From a virus, in IMG/VR virus record IMGVR_UViG_3300023243_000009, positions 64,001 through 128,000 of that record: a stretch of DNA of 64,000 nt. One strand, written 5' to 3'. Both the position numbers and the translations under genes were made by a program. Position 1 is the stretch's first letter. The number at the start of each line of letters is the position of its first letter. The notes under the pieces were generated by a model. It was not told the origin of the DNA, searched no databases, and saw only the letters and a program-made list of their open reading frames with translations. Shown one piece after another: positions 1-8,162 of the stretch.

Positions 1-230
1 AATTGCTCTACTCGCCACGTTCGGTTTTTATGGTCTATCCATAGGCTTCTGCAATTTAATTGGTTTATTCTATCGCCGTAAATGTTTGTTACAAATCTAA
101 AACCTCTCTTTTGTGCTTCTTCAGCGTCAATGCTTATAAATAATTGTCTGTACTTATCACGCACTTCAAATAACAACGTATAAAAAAAATTGCTACTTTC
201 TCCATTTTTATAATCTAATTCTTTAAACAT
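1..230 (-). CDS. cassette-type small hypothetical protein (3' end beyond window)
   Basis: Read manually: ATG at 230, MFKELDYKNGESSNFFYTLLFEVRDKY..., open to position 1; starts inside the loop of attC-like site 1. Confidence 0.6.
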   Translation of the reverse strand, partial: MFKELDYKNGESSNFFYTLLFEVRDKYRQLFISIDAEEAQKRGFRFVTNIYGDRINQLNCRSLWIDHKNRTWRVEQ

Positions 231-297
231 AATTTATGATTTTATTTATTAATTTCACTATAATTAAACGCAACATTTCTTATACAATGCGTTGTAA
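168..297 (+). repeat. attC-like site 1 (130 bp)
   Basis: AAATAAC-AAC-GTATAAAAAAAATTGC ... GCAACATTTCTTATAC-AATGC-GTTGTAA: imperfect inverted repeat with AAC/GTT cores and asymmetric spacers. Confidence 0.75.
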
Positions 298-303
298 ACC
301 ATA

Positions 304-471
304 TTATTGTTTAGTTCCATCCATTAAATTACAAGCCTCGCATTGTCTTTGGCAAGTGCTTTCATAATGTGGGTTCTTGTGGTCATAACAATAAAACGAT
401 TCAACAACACCGTATATAAAGCATTTTTTCTTTACTTTCTTTTTACTAAACAACCTACTAATCAAACTCAT
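304..471 (-). CDS. 55-aa Cys-containing cassette ORF
   Basis: MSLISRLFSKKKVKKKCFIYGVVESFYCYDHKNPHYESTCQRQCEACNLMDGTKQ; starts in attC2 loop, stops 7 nt from attC1 core. Confidence 0.6.
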   Translation of the reverse strand: MSLISRLFSKKKVKKKCFIYGVVESFYCYDHKNPHYESTCQRQCEACNLMDGTKQ

Positions 472-539
472 TTTTTATCTATTAATTAGTTTTGTTGCTT
501 AATTCAAGGTCGCAACGTACCTTATACAATTCGTTGGTA
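402..539 (+). repeat. attC-like site 2 (138 bp)
   Basis: CAACAAC-ACC-GTATATAAAGC ... GCAACGTACCTTATAC-AATTC-GTTGGTA. Confidence 0.7.
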
Positions 540-551
540 GTTATTTTTTAT

Positions 552-698
552 TTATAGATAATTAAAGATTATTATTAATAATAAAAAGCCTATTAATAGT
601 AAAAAAGTAAATTTAATATCAAAAAAACAAATGCCAACATCTTTTATAACAAATTGCTTTTTATTTACTTTTTTACTAAATTGTTTATATTCTATCAT
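552..698 (-). CDS. 48-aa cassette ORF with C-terminal hydrophobic helix
   Basis: MIEYKQFSKKVNKKQFVIKDVGICFFDIKFTFLLLIGFLLLIIIFNYL; starts in attC3 loop. Confidence 0.55.
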   Translation of the reverse strand: MIEYKQFSKKVNKKQFVIKDVGICFFDIKFTFLLLIGFLLLIIIFNYL

Positions 699-761
699 TT
701 ATGTTATATTTATTTACTAATTATTAATTTACGCAAAATGCAATAAAAGGGTACGTTGTAA
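632..761 (+). repeat. attC-like site 3 (130 bp)
   Basis: TGCCAAC-AT-CTTTTATAACAAATTGC ... GCAAAATGCAATAAAAG-GGTAC-GTTGTAA. Confidence 0.7.
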
Positions 762-774
762 GTAATATTATTTA

Positions 775-1074
775 CTATCTTTTTGCTGCACTTGTAGAGC
801 TACTGCTTAACGCGCCTATACCTAATATAAATCCGAAGTCATACCAACCTCCGTTATTATTTACAGCATATATTGCTATATCGCTACTAAACAAACTACC
901 TATCCATGCAAATGGTGCAATCATTCCGTGCCAAAGTCCTCCCCAAAATCCATAAGGAGCAACTGTGGTACACGCTTCTATATTAGAGACATCGGCACAT
1001 CCCGTAAATAAGACTACAACCAACAACGTGTATAAAAAATACTTACTAATTCTGTTTAAATTTACTTTTTTCAT
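775..1074 (-). CDS. putative membrane lipoprotein, cassette-borne
   Basis: Basic N-terminus, hydrophobic stretch and lipobox-like LFTGC; Gly/aromatic-rich helices (GFWGGLWHG, GGWYDFGF); FLYTLL is encoded by the attC4 arm. Confidence 0.75.
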   Translation of the reverse strand: MKKVNLNRISKYFLYTLLVVVLFTGCADVSNIEACTTVAPYGFWGGLWHGMIAPFAWIGSLFSSDIAIYAVNNNGGWYDFGFILGIGALSSSSTSAAKR

Positions 1075-1149
1075 CTTTACTTATTTTAATTATTAATATT
1101 AAATTCTATTTATTTTTACTCGTACATTTTATACACAAATACGTTGGCA
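1021..1149 (+). repeat. attC-like site 4 (129 bp)
   Basis: CAACAAC-GTGTATAAAAAATAC ... GTACATTTTATACAC-AAATAC-GTTGGCA. Confidence 0.75.
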
Positions 1150-1183
1150 GTCATTATTGTAAAAAGGCCACATATATTACGGC

Positions 1184-1393
1184 CTATATCGTGTCTAAAT
1201 GATAACTAATTATTCTTTCTTTTATTTCTTTGTCAGACAATTCTTTTATGGATTGACAATTAAATATGTATTTTTTATTATCAAATAAATCAATTAAATT
1301 ATATTCTGCTGAATAAGTATAACTACCGTGATTAACAAAAATTCTAAAATTTTCATTATCATTATTGTGTTTTACTACTAGATTATTTATCAT
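1184..1393 (-). CDS. hypothetical protein
   Basis: 69-aa ORF on the coding strand, inside the largest cassette. Confidence 0.55.
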   Translation of the reverse strand: MINNLVVKHNNDNENFRIFVNHGSYTYSAEYNLIDLFDNKKYIFNCQSIKELSDKEIKERIISYHLDTI

Positions 1394-1450
1394 TTTTTTT
1401 TAATATATACTTATTTAAAATAGCTTTTAATTTTAATTTTTTTATTCATT

Positions 1451-1672
1451 TTATTTACCGCAATGCATTTCACAAAGACCATGTTTATTTTCAAATATAA
1501 CTCCTTTATTTGTTTTATTACAATCGTGTTCCACTATACAAGCAAACATATTAGTAGCTTCATTAGAAGCTCCTTGGTTTATCTTATTCCAAGGATGTTT
1601 AAATAACTCAATTTGGTTTTTACAATTACAACAGCATTCACCACTATGCCATCCTTTATCACATTTTATCAT
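1451..1672 (-). CDS. small Cys-rich protein
   Basis: CDKGWHSGECCCNC...C...C...C; possible metal binding. Confidence 0.65.
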   Translation of the reverse strand: MIKCDKGWHSGECCCNCKNQIELFKHPWNKINQGASNEATNMFACIVEHDCNKTNKGVIFENKHGLCEMHCGK

Positions 1673-1800
1673 TAGTTCTGGTTTTGTTTTTTATCAAAAA
1701 TATTTAGCATATCTATTAAGTAGTAGATGGTCATAATTAAAAAATACACCCAAAATATAGGGTTGGTTAAAATAAAAAACTTATCTCCGTTTGTGTTCAT
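1672..1800 (-). CDS. 42-aa single-TM protein
   Basis: MNTNGDKFFILTNPIFWVYFLIMTIYYLIDMLNIFDKKQNQN; TAATG stop/start overlap with the next ORF. Confidence 0.5.
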   Translation of the reverse strand: MNTNGDKFFILTNPIFWVYFLIMTIYYLIDMLNIFDKKQNQN

Positions 1801-1854
1801 ATATTATGTATTTTAATTTTAAATAAAATTAATGGGGTTTTATAAAATAACTGC

Positions 1855-1976
1855 AACCAACAGCGTGTATAATTTATTAACAAATTTACTAAATTAACAT
1901 CAATCTACCAAATCTATTTTTATAGTGTACTTTTATTAATCACATAGTTAACAAACTATACACGCATAAGTTATAT
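1855..1976 (+). repeat. attC-like site 5 (122 bp)
   Basis: AACCAAC-A-GCGTGTATAATTTATTAAC ... GTTAACAAACTATACACGC-ATAA-GTTATAT; best arm complementarity of the set. Confidence 0.75.
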
Positions 1977-1980
1977 GCAA

Positions 1981-2169
1981 TTAATCGGTGGTCTGTGTTA
2001 TTTTAACACCTCCTTGTATGCTGCCAAACGCACACCCTGCAAATAATAACCAATTCCATCCATATTCAAATGTTCCGTTTATAAAATCAACAATATGTAA
2101 TGCTAATCCTATTCCGCATACAAGAAGTAGCGTCATTCCCCAAATAAAAGTTCTTGTTTCTTTAGTCAT
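1981..2169 (-). CDS. small two-TM membrane protein
   Basis: Two hydrophobic segments in 62 aa. Confidence 0.65.
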   Translation of the reverse strand: MTKETRTFIWGMTLLLVCGIGLALHIVDFINGTFEYGWNWLLFAGCAFGSIQGGVKITQTTD

Positions 2170-2212
2170 TTTTATAAGTTTTATTTATTAATTAATATTT
2201 GTTTCTATTTAT

Positions 2213-2242
2213 ACGCTACTAGGCATACACAATGCTTTGTAA
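2213..2242 (+). repeat. degenerate attC-like right arm (site 6)
   Basis: ACGCTACTAGGCATACAC-AATGC-TTTGTAA: same as the site 1 right end but GTT changed to TTT; left arm eroded. Confidence 0.4.
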
Positions 2243-2246
2243 AAAA

Positions 2247-2390
2247 TTAAACCTTACTTACTGTTTTTTTAATAAAGTAATCGTATTGTCCTTTTAATTC
2301 TATTAATTCTTTAGAGGCTTGTCTTCTGCAAGCTTTCCTATAAGCTGGGTTTTCTTGCTCCCACCATTTAAATCCTGTAAATCCTTTCAT
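2247..2390 (-). CDS. 47-aa basic hypothetical protein
   Basis: MKGFTGFKWWEQENPAYRKACRRQASKELIELKGQYDYFIKKTVSKV. Confidence 0.5.
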   Translation of the reverse strand: MKGFTGFKWWEQENPAYRKACRRQASKELIELKGQYDYFIKKTVSKV

Positions 2391-2402
2391 CTGTTTAAAA
2401 TT

Positions 2403-2545
2403 TCACAACAACGCACAAAGAAAATAAACTACTTATCGCTTTCCGTTGTTTAGTTATTATTAATTTACGTTCTAATAAGTATAATCTAAATTTATATTTT
2501 ATTTTATAAATCATCGTTTACGTTTTTTATATATTCCTTAAAAGG
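2403..2545 (+). repeat. degenerate attC-like site 7
   Basis: TCACAAC-AAC-GCACAAAGAAAATAAAC ... GTTTACGTTTTTTATAT; GTT core lost. Confidence 0.35.
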
Positions 2546-2549
2546 TACT

Positions 2550-2969
2550 TTAACTACAATATTTAATAAAGTTATCCAGCAACCCTTTTATATTATCTGC
2601 ACCAACGGGGTTTGCGGAGTGTATAAATATCCTGGGTAATTTTTTCTGGTTGTCCATGCAATAATCTACTAACCATTGGGCACAATCCATTCCTGTTTTT
2701 TCCTTGTAACTCTCACCACGCCATTCTTGAAATTTTTTACTTTCATCATAATCTTCCCAAAAATATTCAGGTGTATAATGCTCATCCGCTAAATCGTGGT
2801 CGAAAGAAATAGCATCAGGTAACCCAAATATTCCAATCCATTTTACAAACTGTTCATAATTCAAAACCCAATTTATATTATAATCTCCACCATCCGCATC
2901 TGTTGGTACTTTACCTTCTTCATTTATAAAAGGGTTTCTAATATCGTCTAACCAAAGTAAGTTCTTCAT
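2550..2969 (-). CDS. cyclic-phosphate-processing receiver-like domain protein
   Basis: LWLDDIRNP, ISFDHDL, GMDCAQWL, IHSANPVGADNI motifs. Confidence 0.65.
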   Translation of the reverse strand: MKNLLWLDDIRNPFINEEGKVPTDADGGDYNINWVLNYEQFVKWIGIFGLPDAISFDHDLADEHYTPEYFWEDYDESKKFQEWRGESYKEKTGMDCAQWLVDYCMDNQKKLPRIFIHSANPVGADNIKGLLDNFIKYCS

Positions 2970-3003
2970 TTATTCTTTTTTTTATATTTAAATTAATTGT
3001 ATA

Positions 3004-3441
3004 TTATTTTTCAATACTTTTAATGTGGGTACAGCGTCCATCTTTTGCTCTAATAGCTCCAAAGCAGTTACAACTATATTTAATTGAACCATCTAATTGA
3101 GTTGATTCCTTAGTTAGATATTCTTTATCCCCTTTAGATGAAATAAATCTATGGGTTATTACTTCAATTTTAAATTTTGCTTTTGGTTTAGGTTTATCCC
3201 ATATGATATCCTTTAAGTTGGTTTTTGGGTGAACTTCAACCCAACCTGGCATTAAATAATGCTTGCCACCTATGTTGGTTAACATTGGAGGATTGAAACC
3301 ATTAATATGTTTATATGTAAATCTTTTGACATAATGTACCGGACCAAATCCATCACTTACACTTAAACTTCCTTCAGAGTGTACTATACGAGTTCTAAAA
3401 TTTCTATGCTTATTTAGAGTACTAATTTCCCAAAGTGCCAT
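3004..3441 (-). CDS. SWIM-type zinc finger protein
   Basis: C-terminal CNC-x10-CTH. Confidence 0.65.
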   Translation of the reverse strand: MALWEISTLNKHRNFRTRIVHSEGSLSVSDGFGPVHYVKRFTYKHINGFNPPMLTNIGGKHYLMPGWVEVHPKTNLKDIIWDKPKPKAKFKIEVITHRFISSKGDKEYLTKESTQLDGSIKYSCNCFGAIRAKDGRCTHIKSIEK

Positions 3442-3589
3442 TATTTGTAATCTTGAAGTTGAATTTCTGAATATTTAATTGCCTGAGCCTCAGTGAGACC
3501 TAGGTTCATTCCAATTCCAAACCAGTATTCTAAAATTTCTTGTTGATTTAATAACATAACCTTTATTGTTTTAATTGATTAACATGCCG

Positions 3590-3622
3590 GAATATACGAA
3601 GTAAAATTTACATATACAAGCC
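3590..3622 (-). promoter_or_regulatory. Bacteroidota-type promoter
   Basis: Minus strand CTTG-N18-CGTATATTC, resembling the TTTG(-33)/TAnnTTTG(-7) consensus; nearest promoter upstream of the cassette array. Confidence 0.55.
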
Positions 3623-3631
3623 TTTCATTAT

Positions 3632-4144
3632 TTATTTTTTAAAAATTAATTCTCCTTTTCTTCTTGATATAGTCTGATATCCAGGTATTGTTTTCAGTTG
3701 ATGGAGAATGTATGCTTTATATAAATTAGATTTTTGAATTTTTTCTCCTTGTTTTTCTGTAGCTTCTATATAAAGTACATTAGGATCCTCAGATAATATA
3801 AAATCTTTTATAACGGAGATTACAGTTGATAAAATAGTTAATAAAGTTTTTATATCACTTTGAGCAAATTGGACCTCATCTCCACTTACATCATAACCCA
3901 CATTGTAAGTTTTATCCAAGTCTTGAAGATACCTTGGTAAATAGAATTGTTTTGATATTAAATCCGGATCAAAATTATCAAATTCTACTACAACTCTCTC
4001 ATTAAATCCCCCAATATTTACTGTAAATCCATACTTAGTAGGGCTTACCTGTTTCCAATCTAAGGGTGGAATATTTGATTCCCCTATTTCTTTAATTAGA
4101 ATTTCATTTAAAAGAGGAACCATTAAAGTTGACATTTTACTCAT
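3632..4144 (-). CDS. hypothetical protein (possible internal head protein)
   Basis: N-terminal LLNEILIKE (I/L-x-E) motifs. Confidence 0.6.
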   Translation of the reverse strand: MSKMSTLMVPLLNEILIKEIGESNIPPLDWKQVSPTKYGFTVNIGGFNERVVVEFDNFDPDLISKQFYLPRYLQDLDKTYNVGYDVSGDEVQFAQSDIKTLLTILSTVISVIKDFILSEDPNVLYIEATEKQGEKIQKSNLYKAYILHQLKTIPGYQTISRRKGELIFKK

Positions 4145-4355
4145 AACATATACAGTTTTAGTTGATTAATGTACAGGAATATATGAAACACATCCCATGT
4201 AAAAAATAACCCCATATCTTTAGAATATGGGGTTTAAGAAATGCAAATCAAGAGATAGGGCGTAACAAAACACACCTAGTTTGTTGTGTTTATGAAGGTA
4301 AATAAGATCACTATCATTCATCTGTTTTAAGAGACTTTGAATAACCCTTTCTTCT

Positions 4356-4490
4356 TTATCTTCCTTGACCATTATAGCCTTTTTCATAATTTTTACTTTT
4401 TTTTGTTTTTGAAGTTTTGCTTTTTGAATGAACTCCTTTTCTTTTAACACTACCCTTAGGTGTAACAGTATTTACAATAGTTTTTGCCAT
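4356..4490 (-). CDS. 44-aa highly basic protein
   Basis: MAKTIVNTVTPKGSVKRKGVHSKSKTSKTKKSKNYEKGYNGQGR, read manually with an A-rich upstream region. Confidence 0.6.
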   Translation of the reverse strand: MAKTIVNTVTPKGSVKRKGVHSKSKTSKTKKSKNYEKGYNGQGR

Positions 4491-4527
4491 ATTTTTTTTT
4501 GTAATAAATATGGGTTAAAACCAATCT

Positions 4528-4836
4528 CTACCCTTTATTTTTAAAGATGGTGATAATATTTTGAATTTTAGTACATCTTTCATAATCCTCGTAGTTCTCC
4601 ATTATCTTTAGATTTTGCATTAATGTCTCAGGTATATCTTGGGGGTCAACACATATATCAAAATTCATCTTCGAATCCTTAGTATGAATGGATAATATAG
4701 GGATAGTTTTTTTCCTATTTCTATAATGCAATAAAACCTCATCCACAATTAAATTATGGAGGTTTTTATCATTTTCCATAAATAACATTTCCATTTCCTT
4801 TTCAGTTTCAATCTTCCACTTATGTTTAAATTTCAT
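4528..4836 (-). CDS. hypothetical protein
   Basis: 102-aa ORF; C-terminal ENYEDYERC..I helical motif. Confidence 0.65.
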   Translation of the reverse strand: MKFKHKWKIETEKEMEMLFMENDKNLHNLIVDEVLLHYRNRKKTIPILSIHTKDSKMNFDICVDPQDIPETLMQNLKIMENYEDYERCTKIQNIITIFKNKG

Positions 4837-4992
4837 ATTAAAAATTTTTTAAAAAATTATCATTAATTTTCTTACCCCGTAATATATGAAATTTATCCTG
4901 GATATCCAACAATTTACTGGCAAGTTTTTTTAAAGTTTTGGATTTTTGTTTATCGTAGTCTTTAATTATTTTATTGTGGTTTTTATTCTTCA

Positions 4993-5634
4993 TTACATTC
5001 GACTAATATATTGGTTAGTACTATCTTCGTCATCATCCCCCAATCCTAATTCCTTTAAACGTTGTAAGTGATATTCATCCATTTCAAAATTAACAGCGTC
5101 TGTAGTATTATTTAAAGGTGTGTGGGATTCTATTTGTTTTTCATCAATAGCGTTAAAAACATCCCCAACATATAAAAAGTAATGGTTATAACATAGTAAT
5201 TCAATATTATTCTGGTTATAGTTATTCCCGTTTTTATCTTTAAAGTGTAATAAAAGTGGAACTCTATAATCTAATACTCTACGTTCACTGAATTTGCATA
5301 TTGAACATTCTTCTTCCAGATATCCTTCTTCAATTAAACGATATTTGATTTTAGAGGGATTAAAATGTGAAGGAGATATCTTACCTTCTATTATATCTAA
5401 TAACGCAGGATCTTTCTTACCATTATTTAAAAACTTAGGTATGCCTTTTCCACTTTGGTTTTTATGTTGGTCAAATAGATTTTCATAACCCTCCTTAGTA
5501 GCTTCATAATTTTTAGCATGTCTTTTATAATGTTGATATGAAACATGAAGGTAGCGGGCGCTAGCCATATTAGATTTTGTTTTAGCCATTGCTGCTAAAA
5601 TTTGAGTCTTACTTAAAGGTTTGGGTTGTGGCAT
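4993..5634 (-). CDS. HNH-like zinc-binding protein with N-terminal HTH-like region
   Basis: CSIC ... LHFKD ... NIELLCYNH. Confidence 0.6.
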   Translation of the reverse strand: MPQPKPLSKTQILAAMAKTKSNMASARYLHVSYQHYKRHAKNYEATKEGYENLFDQHKNQSGKGIPKFLNNGKKDPALLDIIEGKISPSHFNPSKIKYRLIEEGYLEEECSICKFSERRVLDYRVPLLLHFKDKNGNNYNQNNIELLCYNHYFLYVGDVFNAIDEKQIESHTPLNNTTDAVNFEMDEYHLQRLKELGLGDDDEDSTNQYISRM

Positions 5635-5636
5635 AT

Positions 5637-5879
5637 TTATTCTTCCTCTTCAATCCCAAATGTAATTTCATATCTCCCTTCGGGGTTAAAGTGGGTTTGG
5701 TATGTTTCTTCTTCCATTATTTCTGTTTCAACCCATGTATCTTCACCTGACCCCTTCATTATAGAAACTCCACGTTTAGTATTTACAGTTGAACAATTTA
5801 CACAAAAGTTATACCCATATTTAGTTAATCTAAGTTCGGGCATATCTCCTTTACATTTTATACATTTTATTTGTTTCAT
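5637..5879 (-). CDS. zinc-finger protein
   Basis: CIKC and CVNC pairs. Confidence 0.65.
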   Translation of the reverse strand: MKQIKCIKCKGDMPELRLTKYGYNFCVNCSTVNTKRGVSIMKGSGEDTWVETEIMEEETYQTHFNPEGRYEITFGIEEEE

Positions 5880-5921
5880 ATTTGTTTTAGAGTTTTTAAT
5901 AAATATAAAAAATAGGTTTTT

Positions 5922-6854
5922 TTAGGTTAGTTTTTTTACAATATTAATAAAATGTTTTGCTATTGTTAAATAGTTGTAGGTATTTAAAACATATTGCTGG
6001 CTTTGGGATAAATATTTTTCTTTATCAGTATTGATTAGCAAATCTAAGGATTTATTAAAGGAATTTATATTAGAAAATAAATAATCGGATAGATCCACAG
6101 TATTTAAAATATCCCTATATGAGGGGGTATTACTAGCTATACAAGGAATTCCTAGGGTAATAGCTAATGTTAATTTATTGGGGGATTTAATAAAGGTGTT
6201 GATATTATAATCTAAAGGAGAATGGGACAAAATACACCCATCAAATTTTTTAATATCCCCCATAAATGTAGAGGAATTAAAAGGGATGATTGGGAAGTTA
6301 GTGTTTAGTTTGGGGTCTGTAATTAAAGTGAATGACATCAACCCCTTATCAACATATGTTTTTATAATATGTTCATATCTCTGTATGCTTTTATAATAAG
6401 ATTCAGGATAACCAAACCAACATATTTGGGGAGTATTATTTTTCTGTAAGGGGGTATGGGATGAAATTAAGGCATAATCAATAGAGTCATTTAAAACTTC
6501 AACGGGGGTGTCTATTACAGATTCTATAAATAACTTATGCATTAGAGTAGGACACAAAATACAATCTGCAATTTTAGACCAATTTTGTAGTAAAAGATCT
6601 CCCCCAGGGTATACATCATTAAAAATTGTGATGATTTTAACCCCTTTAGATTTACAATCGGTTAGAAAGGAATTTAGTTCTAGAGAAGTAGGATCAAACC
6701 CCCCATTGGAAAATATAACATCCGGGTACGATGTTAAATCTTCTACAAATACACATTCAAAATCTAATTGGGAACTTGCTTTTACTATACTTGAAAATGT
6801 AATTCTATAAACTGCCTCATTTATATCCTTATTACATAAAATTCCTATTACCAT
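5922..6854 (-). CDS. glycosyltransferase-like protein (GT-B)
   Basis: KSPNKLTLAITLGIPCIASNTPSY matches the GT-B C-terminal motif. Confidence 0.6.
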   Translation of the reverse strand: MVIGILCNKDINEAVYRITFSSIVKASSQLDFECVFVEDLTSYPDVIFSNGGFDPTSLELNSFLTDCKSKGVKIITIFNDVYPGGDLLLQNWSKIADCILCPTLMHKLFIESVIDTPVEVLNDSIDYALISSHTPLQKNNTPQICWFGYPESYYKSIQRYEHIIKTYVDKGLMSFTLITDPKLNTNFPIIPFNSSTFMGDIKKFDGCILSHSPLDYNINTFIKSPNKLTLAITLGIPCIASNTPSYRDILNTVDLSDYLFSNINSFNKSLDLLINTDKEKYLSQSQQYVLNTYNYLTIAKHFINIVKKLT

Positions 6855-6858
6855 GTTT

Positions 6859-7041
6859 TTATTTTTTTACCCATAACATTATATCATCATATCTCCCTTT
6901 AATCCCTCTTAAATCTATTATCTCAGAATCAAAATTTTTGGAGACTTCTTCCTTTAAGATATAGGCATTTTCAATATAGCTATGAAGGGTATTCTTATCA
7001 GTATTGTAATTTTTTAAATTATATTGATCTAATAAAGTCAT
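6859..7041 (-). pseudogene. internally deleted SAM-methyltransferase remnant
   Basis: Keeps N-terminal TDKNTLHSYIE and C-terminal IDLRGIKGRYDDI-type segments but has no SAM-binding core in 60 aa. Confidence 0.45.
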
Positions 7042-7065
7042 TTGTTTATTGTTATTAATTTATTG

Positions 7066-7707
7066 TTATACTTTGTATTTTTGCCTACCTTTAGATTCAA
7101 TTCTGTCATATAAATCATTTTGTTGAATTTGACGGTTTAAATCCTTAAGGTGTAATATACAATACAATTCTTCCTTTGGGAGGGTTGAATATGATTTAAA
7201 TCCTACAATTCTACTATGGAGTAATCCTTCCCATTTAATGTTTGAGAGGTTTTTATATAACCTCATCTGATAATCTGGGAAGTTTACCCACCCCCTTTCG
7301 TTTATATTCCAACCCCATTTAGTTATATACTCTGAGGTTAAATCTGAGACGGTATTTATTCTAGGACAGTAAAACAATTCAATATCTGGGTTGGTAGTTA
7401 ATAGTTGAGGGAGGAATTCTATAAATTCCTTGCTTACTATTTCATCCGCATCTAATTGAAAAATATAATCCCCACTACATTCACTATTAAGATAATTTTT
7501 CTGGGTATGGTCCCCATCAAATTTTCTATAATTTAAATGGATTTCATTTTTATATTTTAGGAGTAATTCCACAGTTAATTCTTCTTCAGAAAAATCGTCT
7601 ACCACCACAATTTCATCTTGTTTCCTTTTATTTTTTATAAGAAAGGGAAGGAGTTTTTCGATATATTTTCCTTCATTATGTGTAAGTATTGCATAACTTA
7701 TTTTCAT
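7066..7707 (-). CDS. glycosyltransferase family 2
   Basis: ISYAILTHNE, VVVDDFS, FQLDADE (DxD), LHSRI. Confidence 0.85.
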   Translation of the reverse strand: MKISYAILTHNEGKYIEKLLPFLIKNKRKQDEIVVVDDFSEEELTVELLLKYKNEIHLNYRKFDGDHTQKNYLNSECSGDYIFQLDADEIVSKEFIEFLPQLLTTNPDIELFYCPRINTVSDLTSEYITKWGWNINERGWVNFPDYQMRLYKNLSNIKWEGLLHSRIVGFKSYSTLPKEELYCILHLKDLNRQIQQNDLYDRIESKGRQKYKV

Positions 7708-7712
7708 ATTAT

Positions 7713-8156
7713 TTATTCTGGTATTACCCTGATATATGAAAGTGCTTCTATGAAATCACGTTCTTCGAAATGTCTTATTGTAGACATATCTGCTCTATAT
7801 TTTTTACCTTTGTATTTATCTTTCTCCTCCTCCGATACTAGAATTGCCTTAGCAGCACCCCACATCCAATTATCTCTTCCGGTTCCATCTGCAAATATTA
7901 TACCTTTATCTTCTACATTAATAGTAGAAGGCATCCAAACCTTACCTGTTTCTTCTTCTTCATCAAGCAATGCTTTATAAAGTTCAGGTAAAACTTCCAT
8001 CTGTTCTTTAAAAAATTCACTTCCTTGTTTCATTAAAGAATTAGAAATAAAACCACACCCATAACACATCTCTAAAGTAATGTCTTTAGTTACTTCTTGA
8101 GTATAACATGCATCGGAACTGCATCTTGAGCACTCTTTTAATTCGTCAAAATTCAT
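7713..8156 (-). CDS. zinc-binding hypothetical protein
   Basis: CSRC, C, CYGC. Confidence 0.7.
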   Translation of the reverse strand: MNFDELKECSRCSSDACYTQEVTKDITLEMCYGCGFISNSLMKQGSEFFKEQMEVLPELYKALLDEEEETGKVWMPSTINVEDKGIIFADGTGRDNWMWGAAKAILVSEEEKDKYKGKKYRADMSTIRHFEERDFIEALSYIRVIPE

Positions 8157-8162
8157 ATTATT

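Noticed and set aside
168-1976. CRISPR array interpretation of the left-end repeats (a Cas4-like gene is in the window)
   Set aside because: The repeats are imperfect inverted pairs, not identical direct repeats; spacing is 220-830 bp with ORFs inside; no cas1/cas2, and stand-alone Cas4-like nucleases are common in phages
4220-4450. 76-aa ORF as annotated
   Set aside because: Its 5' half overlaps, in another frame, a more plausible 44-aa basic gene (4356-4490); only the last 33 codons may be a separate gene
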